DNA of 64,000 bases from Parasitella parasitica NRRL 2501 (taxonomy: Eukaryota; Fungi; Mucoromycota), in NCBI GenBank assembly GCA_025201805.1, contig MU619298.1, forward strand, positions 16,647-80,646. The letters are read 5' to 3'. Positions 11,791-21,021 of this stretch are shown here, one piece after another. Position 1 is the first letter of the stretch, and every line of letters begins with the position of its first letter. The position numbers and the translations under genes were made by a program. The notes under the pieces were generated by a model, which worked only from the letters and a program-made list of their open reading frames with translations, was not told the DNA's origin and made no database searches.

Positions 11791-14750
11791 TGTTGTCTTG
11801 AGAAAATTGTCGGTCGTCTGCCTGTCTCCCTCAAGGAGACTAAAATCCTTCTGAAGTTTAATACAGCTGCAAGATCTCGATTCCATAGTCGGTTTTCATT
11901 GCTGAAACACACACTGCTTCGACATCTTGAACAAGATTAGTCTTCATAATCCAATGTTACGTGAACATATATATTTTTTTTTATTTACCTTGTTAGGCCA
12001 TGACACTTTACAGTGGGCATTTTGTGGCGTTGATATGGTCTAGAGTTTCGGATTGTTTTAAACTTTTGATCGAGCTTGCCACCACAGCCTGGGCAGAGGG
12101 AAGATGTTTTGTATTCGCAGCATCTTGATCAATCCAGCGTTTCTAATTGGTTCATGGTATTTGACGTTTGGTGCAGACCAATTTCCAATTACCAGAACTG
12201 AATTCGATCCAAACTTCGTTTTCAACTTGTTTACCAACTGCGCATCATTTTTGTCGTAGTATAATTTGCTTGAAAACTTGAGTTTTCTGNNNNNNNNNNN
12301 NNNNNNNNNNNNNNNNNNNNNNNNNNNNNNNNNNNNNNNNNNNNNNNNNNNNNNNNNNNNNNNNNNNNNNNNNNNNNNNNNNNNNNNNNNNNNNNNNNNN
12401 NNNNNNNNNNNNNNNNNNNNNNNNNNNNNNNNNNNNNNNNNNNNNNNNNNNNNNNNNNNNNNNNNNNNNNNNNNNNNNNNNNNNNNNNNNNNNNNNNNNN
12501 NNNNNNNNNNNNNNNNNNNNNNNNNNNNNNNNNNNNNNNNNNNNNNNNNNNNNNNNNNNNNNNNNNNNNNNNNNNNNNNNNNNNNNNNNNNNNNNNNNNN
12601 NNNNNNNNNNNNNNNNNNNNNNNNNNNNNNNNNNNNNNNNNNNNNNNNNNNNNNNNNNNNNNNNNNNNNNNNNNNNNNNNNNNNNNNNNNNNNNNNNNNN
12701 NNNNNNNNNNNNNNNNNNNNNNNNNNNNNNNNNNNNNNNNNNNNNNNNNNNNNNNNNNNNNNNNNNNNNNNNNNNNNNNNNNNNNNNNNNNNNNNNNNNN
12801 NNNNNNNNNNNNNNNNNNNNNNNNNNNNNNNNNNNNNNNNNNNNNNNNNNNNNNNNNNNNNNNNNNNNNNNNNNNNNNNNNNNNNNNNNNNNNNNNNNNN
12901 NNNNNNNNNNNNNNNNNNNNNNNNNNNNNNNNNNNNNNNNNNNNNNNNNNNNNNNNNNNNNNNNNNNNNNNNNNNNNNNNNNNNNNNNNNNNNNNNNNNN
13001 NNNNNNNNNNNNNNNNNNNNNNNNNNNNNNNNNNNNNNNNNNNNNNNNNNNNNNNNNNNNNNNNNNNNNNNNNNNNNNNNNNNNNNNNNNNNNNNNNNNN
13101 NNNNNNNNNNNNNNNNNNNNNNNNNNNNNNNNNNNNNNNNNNNNNNNNNNNNNNNNNNNNNNNNNNNNNNNNNNNNNNNNNNNNNNNNNNNNNNNNNNNN
13201 NNNNNNNNNNNNNNNNNNNNNNNNNNNNNNNNNNNNNNNAACGAAGGCTTTGAAGTGGTTTTCTGGATTAGCCTTTACATCGTAGAAGATTGAGCCCATT
13301 TTAAACTTGTAATTTTCTGGGTATGCCGACAAGAAAGTTTGTACTTTTGGTTTTGATGATTCATTCAAAATATCAACGTTGGGCATACCTTTTTTAGCTA
13401 CAGCTTATATAACTTGATCACAGGGATTGTAAGCCTTTTGTCGTATCGCTTCTTTAATAGCTTCTTCACTAAACGCATTGGACGCCATTTCTTTACGGAT
13501 GGTTTCCGCTCTTTCTTTTTTTTCACAGAGCTTATTTAGTAGAGTTCGCAATCTATTTCCAAAATGGGTCTTTATGTTGTTAAGATAGGCAGTTTGGATC
13601 TTGGTGCACTCATATAGTGCTATTTGTTGAGCATTCACCAGTTTGATTGGAGTATAATTCGCGTTTTCCAAGTAAGATTGTTGATATTTTGCCATGAACT
13701 TCCTGTACTCCGCAGTCGTGTCTTTAAGCTTAGCAGACCTGCGGGTAGTATTTTGGGCAATCAGAGACAAGAACACTTCCACAAAGAATTCTTTTCGCAC
13801 AAATTCATTCAAGTTGAAATTGCTGTTTGTGGCCAGTTCTTTCAAGAACATGTATTTTGAAAAAGCAAATGTGTGAGTGATAACTGTATGAGTAGTATTC
13901 ACTAGATTATGCAATGGCTGCAAATATTCTGGTTTCCATATATTTTTGATAGTTGTTTTCACTGTCATCACCTTTTTTCTTGTTTTCTCATCAAAGTTTT
14001 TCGTTGTAGAACCAGGTTTGGTAGCAGTAGAGTCAGACTTGGAAGTAGTAACATTAGGTACATTCATGAAATTATCTGGTTGTGTAGTCTTGCTTGATTC
14101 ACCTATCATTGGACCTTGAGCATTGGTGTTACGAAAGCTGATCTTGCTTGTGCTACCAATTTCGTCTTTGGCCCTCTTTCTTGCAGAATTGTCGCTTTGT
14201 TTACCTATGTAATGGGTGTTTAAAATGCTTTGAATCTTCAACACTTATGAATATAATGTGCTTATACATACTTCTTTTTCTAAAGCTTACTGATGGCTGA
14301 ATATCATCATCTGAATTGTCGGTTATAATTTTTTCATATGTGTCTACCATCATAGCTTAAATTAGTAACGTTTTGATCAGAAATTAACATGTATCTTTAC
14401 CGTTTCTGTTCTTTAAAGACTCCTCTTCAGAGCAAGAAGTAGAAGTGTCCTTCCGAATTTTCTTCATCTGTACTTTTCTGAAGGGAATAGTTATTTATAT
14501 ATTGTGTCTTCAGAAAATTAGTTTGAAAAAGAAACAAATGTGTAGAAAAAAAACAAGACAAAAAATATTTATGGAGGATGCATTGTAGGTTCTGGTAACG
14601 ACAATATGTGCTTTTAAATATGACAATTATTTTTGTTGAAATCGACATTTAATTTTGAGGAAACACCATTTATTTTTTTCCAATGGATGTTCATATTCCA
14701 ATAAACGCCATTTGTTTTTTCAAAATGGACAAAATTTACAGGTTGCACTG
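11615..14750 (-). mobile_element. Non-autonomous Tc1/mariner-type TIR element carrying a Fanzor1 gene
   Basis: Imperfect TIRs TA|CAGTTGTACTGATTAATTTTGTCAGTTTTAAAAAAATAAAT (11615-) and TA|CAGTGCAACCTGTAAATTTTGTCCATTTTGAAAAAACAAAT (reverse complement from 14750). TA on both flanks (11613-14, 14751-52). ~21-bp periodic subterminal GACA-type repeats. Internal Fanzor ORF. Confidence 0.75.
11748..14467 (-). pseudogene. Fanzor1 (eukaryotic TnpB-like RuvC RNA-guided endonuclease), intron-containing, disrupted
   Basis: N-terminal TVKTTIKNIW...HTFAFSKYMFLKEL. C-terminal VLVIGNWS...HEP, EYKTSSLCPGC, CHGLTR|CRSSVC zinc-finger region, RLWNRDLAAVLNF (RuvC-III) and a GRRPTIFSR tail. Predicted in-frame introns 14344-14400, 14205-14271 and 11926-11988. 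In-frame TAA at 13405-13407; frameshifting deletion at ~12117. RuvC-I is presumably inside the N gap 12290-13239. Confidence 0.85.
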
Positions 14751-14953
14751 TATATCGAAAAATAAAAAATATAATGTAGTATTCTGCCACCCAGCCAATA
14801 TCCTCTTGAGTTATACAGGTGCAACGGCACACATTTGGTTTTAATGATAAAACTCAACAATTTTTTTTTGCTCTTTAATACAATACGGTACAAAGTGCTA
14901 CAAAGCTGTGTTACAGAAAACAGATGAAGAGAAGATACATTTCTTTCGATTTT

Positions 14954-14979
14954 TTATCTGATGGTGAACGTTATCAGAT
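14954..14979 (-). promoter_or_regulatory. Tandem ATCWGATAA boxes (SreA/Fep1-type GATA repressor consensus)
   Basis: TTATCTGAT (14954-62) and TTATCAGAT (14971-79), both reverse complements of ATCWGATAA, ~420 bp upstream of the 8-Cys protein ATG. A TATA-like TATATAAAA lies at ~15322. Confidence 0.5.
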
Positions 14980-15395
14980 TTAAGAACTCCGGAATAGGGT
15001 ATAAACTACCACCGCGCCAATCGAACCTCGTATTCTCACTAAATTTACACCTGGAATTTATCTTGGTGTAGCCGCCATATCATGGTACTTGCTTACAGTT
15101 TAGGGAATTTTTGATACTTTATTATATAATTAAGAGCCAAATCAAGGAAACAGATGCGAGAGAGCGGTCTGGTTGTTTATCCGCTGAATTCCGCTCTAAA
15201 ATATGATCAGTGTACAAGGTCTCAGATCAAAATGACTGGACAAATGGTAAAATCAAGCCATCGAAGTTTAAGCTGCGAGGAAGCCCTGCTTGTTCTCAAT
15301 TATTTATGGCTAGAAAGCACATATATAAAAGGCGAAAACATAAGCGCAATCTCTTTGTTTTTATTTTTTTATAATCAAAATTTATTTTATCCAGG

Positions 15396-15964
15396 ATGCG
15401 TTCTTCACTTGCCGTTGCCGCTGTTGCCGTTGTCGTTGCTGTTTCTGCTGAAGATTGCAACCCTTCATACGACGTTGCCACCTCTGGTACTTGCTTTACC
15501 AACTGCAACATCGTAAGTTTATGATAGTATTATGTGTTGTCAGATTTTAAATCAAAATGCGTTAGAATGCTGGTAATACTTTCTTGTCTGGTTGGACTAT
15601 GGATCACACCTCTCCCAACTTCATTTCTTCCCTTACCCTCATGTGTAATAAGGGCACTTCGGAATACTTGGCCTTCATGTCCAAGGCTGGCATGTGCATG
15701 GCTGGCTGCCCTGATAATCCTGAGCTTTTCAACTCTGAATTTGCTGGTGCTTGTGCTTGGTGGGCTATTCATAAAAACGATGCTTGTGGTGATAGCGGCG
15801 CCTCTGCTTCCAACACTACCACCTCATCGAACTCTAGTGCTGCTGTTGCCGCTGCCACTCAAAGCTCCTCCGCTGCCTCTACTTCTGCTGCTAGTCAGAC
15901 TTTCACCGGCCTGCAAAACTTGGCTCTTGTATTGGCTGCCGGTGCCGCTTTCTTTGCCCTGTAA
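15396..15964 (+). CDS. Small secreted, probably GPI-anchored 8-cysteine protein
   Basis: Signal peptide MRSSLAVAAVAVVVAVSA and intron 15513-15565. Cys spacing C-x11-C-x3-C-x28-C-x16-C-x3-C-x14-C-x10-C, then a Ser/Thr/Ala stalk and a hydrophobic C-terminus (LALVLAAGAAFFAL). Confidence 0.85.
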
Positions 15965-17223
15965 ACTTATAACTTATTGTACTATAAATTTTTATTTTCA
16001 TCTAATGCTAAACAACATGGAAAAAAAAATTGACACGAATTTAACATAAGCTACTGAATTGCAATATTATATCGAACCACTATGTTAGAATTCAATTTTT
16101 TATTTGTCTTAATAAACGTATCTGCTACCATTTATTTACGTTACATGCGAGCTTTTTTTTTTATTATCAGATTTTTCTATCGTTTCTATAATCTCCATCT
16201 ATCTTGCGTAACCAACAGGGCGGGGAAACATACTGACAGAAAAAGATCTGATAAAACATAAGTTTGAACGCAGTATAAGCAAAAAAAACATTTTTAAAAC
16301 CTCCCAACTTTAAAAGGTAAAGTGAGTGAATGATACTAATAATCGAGTGAAATATGCTGAAAATTAAGTCCTGACTTGCCACCAAATCTCGTTCATTATT
16401 AGAGCCCTGAATTTAGAAACCGTGTATAAACCTTCACATTTTCAGTTTATTCGATTCAAAAAATTCACATCAACCACTATTTTTCGCATTTAATCTCACT
16501 ATTAATATATCATCTTTGTCATTCGCTTTTAATGGTCGCAAAAAACGCCCTATTGCTATTGATGATTAAGAAGAAAAAATGTCAGATCAGTCAGTCTTGC
16601 GAACTAATCAGCACTTGAACAGCCAATTTACTTTCGTGATGCATACAATCAACAACAATTATAACAAAGAAGTTGGGTATAGCTCTCATCACAATTCCAT
16701 GTTCAATGCAATATTCTTTCAGTTGCAGCAGCAAAATGAACAACTAAGACAGTAAAAAGACAGCACAAGACAGCAACAAGACATAATCAAAACATTGAGA
16801 ACAAGCCAGCAATCTATTAAATCGCAGCTACAGCTTGCTTTGGCAGGCTAAGGATACGGTAGATTGATAAATTGAGAATTAGGACCAACATAGGTAAAAA
16901 CTGGTTCCAAACACCACATCCCATATAAAACTAGCAAAGAAGATAAGATTCAAGTTTTTGTCTTTCTTAGCTTTATTGTGTGCCTACCAAACATGAAGTT
17001 TAAAAAAAAATACAGTTAGAATGTTATGTTGCAGGCTCAACTATCATCAACCCTCCAGCTTCGTTTCTGAAGCCATCCAATGTGCTTCGAAGCAAAGTCC
17101 AGACATCACAAGAGAAAATGGATTACTGGAATGCCCTGCAGTTGCAATTCCGAATCTGTCTTACGCTCAATTTTACATTGCAGAAGGAAAAAGGGAGACT
17201 ATGATTAGCTGTACATATTTTAA

Positions 17224-17793
17224 TTGAAAAATACTAGAATACCCAAAGGTGTAGTGCAAGAAGCAGAAGCAAAAATCAAGAGTCCAGGAAAAACCACAAC
17301 AATATTAAACACCGTATATACGCAGAATAAAAAGGCTGTGAGTCCAAAGAAGAATAATGAAGACTGGACAGAATTTGTGGAAGCTGACATTTTGGAACAT
17401 TTGAATCTACCTCGCGCTCTCACTTTAGGCTCCAAGCAAATCAATCAAGATACCGGCTTGGCTACTTTTCCAAATTTGTTGACTCGAAAAAAGAAGACCA
17501 CAGAAGACGGGTATAGAGTTTTGGAGATAGAAATAGATCTTGGAAAAAATATTCTTTATCAATGCTCAACAGCTGATGGTTTGGAGCAAGCCTATTCGCA
17601 TCACACTAATGCGCGCGCATCGTTGCGCCCATTCTATTACAACCAATCCATGAAAAAAAGAAGAAGACGGTTGGAACTCTCTTACAGAAAAGGCTCTGGC
17701 AGACTAGCAGCTTACGAGAGAAAAATTTCTAGTGCAAAGAAGCCGATTGTGTTTGTCGGTGATCGTGGACACGGATTCGGCTCTCGCATCAAG
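17224..17793 (+). pseudogene. Truncated Fanzor/TnpB-like fragment of a second family
   Basis: LRPFYY...KKRRRRLEL...RLAAYERK...PIVFVGDRGHGFGSRIK resembles the helix plus central RuvC strand region of fungal Fanzor1-like proteins. It breaks off before the zinc finger and RuvC-III. Confidence 0.55.
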
Positions 17794-18469
17794 ACAGTGG
17801 GGGAACAAGTTAATAGGGAGACTGATTACAAGATGAAATTCGTTATGCCTTTTGTTAATTCTGTTTCCTATGTCAATGACAGATTCCAAATATATTGGTA
17901 AGCTATATAGAAAAATTAGTGGTAATAGGAATTGATGCTTTTTTTTAGGGACGTACCATTCGATTTTTATGATTGTTCAAATATGAACATTCAGCACCGT
18001 CAAACATCAAATGCCAAGTTTGCTGAAATTGGTTTTTTGGAAATTGAAGCAGTGGAAACCAAACCATTTCTACAGCAGCTGTTGGCAACGACAACAATAT
18101 TGTACGACTTGGTGAGTTAACTAAAAGAATGCTTCTTAGAAGATTGATGAAGCAAAATCACCAAGAGAGTTTATGACCTTTGGAGTCATGGTTTATGGCT
18201 CAATTGTTGAATATTACATTCACCAGTATCATCCACCACAGTCATCAACAGCACAATCATCATCATACTCATTTAAACTGATCCAAAAATGCACGTTACC
18301 AACGCTATCAAGTACATGCACCCACATGCTGTCTTTGGAATACTTGATTTACTACAACAAATTGATGGAAGATAGTCTTGCTCGCGATAGTGATATTCAT
18401 AAGCCATACCTCTATAGTCTTATTGATAATGTATTTACACCCATAGTAACATTGTTAAATTTGGATTGA
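17794..18469 (+). pseudogene. Degenerate PD-(D/E)XK restriction-endonuclease-like gene fragment
   Basis: ETDYKMKFVMPF...W|intron|...EIGFLEIE...VRLGELTKRML...MTFGVMVYG...YSFKLIQKCTLP. Frameshifted, with the same motif order as the gene at the window end. Confidence 0.4.
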
Positions 18470-19239
18470 ATTTAGATAAGGTATTTAAATAAAAGTTTTT
18501 CATATCAGTCATAAATACATTTCATGAGTATTCATGTATCAGCTCTAAAATTACCACGATTACCATACCAACTAGTTATAATAGCATAAAGCCTTGACAA
18601 CGCAGCCGACAGTTATTCTCAGTAATGCCAGTTTGGCTTGGCTAAAAAGACAAGCATTTGCGAACAAGCGGTCAATCATTTTACAGTTAGCGCAATTTGT
18701 ATCACTGAGGATAATAGAGGACAAGTAACTATGTACGTCAAAGTACATGAACAAATAATCAAAATGCAGAAGAGTGCAGCGAAGTACGCAAGTCTGGAAT
18801 ATGCTTGATTTATTTGGTAAGAATGATATGGCAATTGTCGACTGATTTTATACAAAACATGGCTAATTACTCTGGATAGAAAAGCCATCCTTACACGTAA
18901 CAACTGGGAGAAGATAGTGGCCGCTTTTGCAGCTTTGGATGACATTTCGCAGCCAAATTTTTTGAAATTTGGAGTTTGCTCACACTTCGTAACTGGTCTT
19001 CTAGCATTAAATCTATTGTCCCAGTATAAAGGGTACAGCAAAATGTTTTGTAAATTTAATTTTGAAGTGATTAAGATTTTGTGAATAAGCCAAGATACAA
19101 AATTGAAGACTTTCATTGTTATTGTGAAATACATTCACTATTGATGTGCCAATTTCCCAACCGTAAACCAATTCAAGTAAACTCAATACGGAACACAGTC
19201 CAGAAACATATCTCAATATAGATCATGTTAAATATTTTC

Positions 19240-20010
19240 AACTCAACATGTTCATGAACAATAGATACAATCTATCGTCCCATTCTCCATGTCTCATACT
19301 TACACCTTATCCCTCATCAATCCACTTAGATTTGCTACTATATAAACCATCATATTTACCATGTAAAAAATGAGATCTTCATCTGAAGAATTCACAATCG
19401 TTTTATTTGAATAATTTTTCATTCTGATAAATCTACTATAATGATCTGCATTCTACTTCTAGATTCAGCCAGTTACCTTGAATTGATACAGACTTCATAT
19501 GTGCACAGTTAATAATATGATGTTCAATACAGATTTATACTATGTAAAATATAGGCTAGAGATGGCATCATGAGAATAGATGACGTTATAGACTTCTGCT
19601 TATATCTCAACACGAGCCTTGGACATTTACTAGATTCAGTACAGTATGTGCTACGAGTTTATGCTATATAAGATCTATACTTCATAAGTGTATTCCCAGT
19701 TTCCAGATACGCACTACAAGACATATACTTATATCCATGATACTAGCGACAGATACATTATGTACTACAGACTTGTACAATATTATGTGAAATGCTATAG
19801 ATATGCTCATGGCATGCTGTAGACATGCTACATATACAGACATATGCTACGATGAATTAAAGCTGTCGATTTGATAACAAAACCTAACAAGTTGCCACTT
19901 ATTGATTTTTTATTTGATTTTTTTAGTGAATCTATAAAACATTTTTGCTTCGTGAAGCGAAAGAGGCCTGTGGCAGCACATATTGAGCGCCACGAAGCGG
20001 TGTGAACTAG
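19240..20010 (+). repeat. Dispersed AT-rich repeat, possibly a non-autonomous Helitron
   Basis: Segments recur at ~42-130, ~46070-46260 and ~47885-48240. The 3' end has a decayed hairpin GCGCCAC-GAA-GCGGTGT followed by GAA-CTAG (20007-20010). Confidence 0.5.
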
Positions 20011-20271
20011 CTCATATTATTTTATTGCATCTTTCTCTTGTATAAATGTCATGTTGTATACCTTTTTCCTGATTTCTATAATAAGTAACTTGATGAACAA
20101 GATATTTGAACGCAACTGCAATGAGTTAATGTAGCTTCTATGTAGCTAACTGGTGGTCTTGGCGACAAATAACTGTGACCACTACAATAAATGCTATCTA
20201 TGCGGTTTGTGCAATGCATCTGTCTCAAAAATATTTTATATCTAATAGTAGATTTTTAGATAGAAATCACA

Positions 20272-20991
20272 ATGCCCAACTGGACAAAAATTTTAAATCA
20301 TCCCTTATTCAATATGGGATTCTTTTTAGTTGTTCGCCAAGCAACAAAGAACATGGATCTCGATAATACAGGATACATAGGCGTCATCCGCGGCTTTTAT
20401 TTAGGCTCACAGCTTTTAGTCATACTTCTATCGTTTTATCTCATGTCTGTGATTCGTAAAACGAATGATATTTGATAATAAATAATGAAGAGTGGAGCCT
20501 GGCAGATGATTAATTGAATAATATGTAATAGATACAACACCTTTACGTTATGTCGATCCTGGAGCTCAGAATTGGGATGGTTCCGAGACAGCTGACACAT
20601 TGATTATTACTACTAATATGGGTAATTGCAATAATGCAAATGTAGATTATCAACTGATTTAGCTCTCTCTCTTTTTTTTTAAACAGAGTATGACATTGCT
20701 GATGTCAAGAAGCAATTGAAGCAAGGCTTTACAAGTATTGCCATAGTTGCATTCCTCCATCTCAAATTCGGATATGTCCAACCTTTGCTTATTCAAAGCA
20801 TTATGGGATTTAAAACTTTCTTCATAACTAAGGAAGCTAGAATTCATTTTTTCAATGGAACGACTTCGAGAGGTGAGCTTCGTCGTCCATTCCGCATCGA
20901 AGCACCCTTCAATATGGTCAATGAAAAGCGTCAACCTAAAACTGACAAAGGCTCAATTAAACGAGCTGAAAAAGCTCTCAAAGCTCAATAG
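20272..20991 (+). CDS. PHO88: Pho88/Snd3 family ER membrane protein (3 exons)
   Basis: DTTPLRYVDP, EYD, FLHLKFGYVQPLLIQS and GELRRPF motifs. The first intron donor is anomalous (see findings). Confidence 0.85.
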
Positions 20992-21021
20992 ATATTTACA
21001 AAATAAACGGCTCTATTTTTA

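Noticed and set aside
14595-14735. Periodic repeats as a possible CRISPR-like array
   Set aside because: The units are degenerate ~21-bp motifs without a conserved repeat plus unique spacer structure. They are better explained as transposon subterminal repeats in a eukaryote.
15000-15055. Minus-strand GGTTCGATT (B-box/T-loop-like) with an A-box-like stretch upstream
   Set aside because: No acceptor stem or anticodon arm can be folded. At most a tRNA-like remnant, so it is not called.
15154-16049. Leu-rich overlapping ORFs (15154-15516, 15534-16049) and many antisense ORFs across the window
   Set aside because: These are alternative-frame shadows of real genes.
18572-19216. Hydrophobic minus-strand ORF fragments
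   Set aside because: No recognisable family or coherent exon structure. Possibly a decayed membrane-protein gene.
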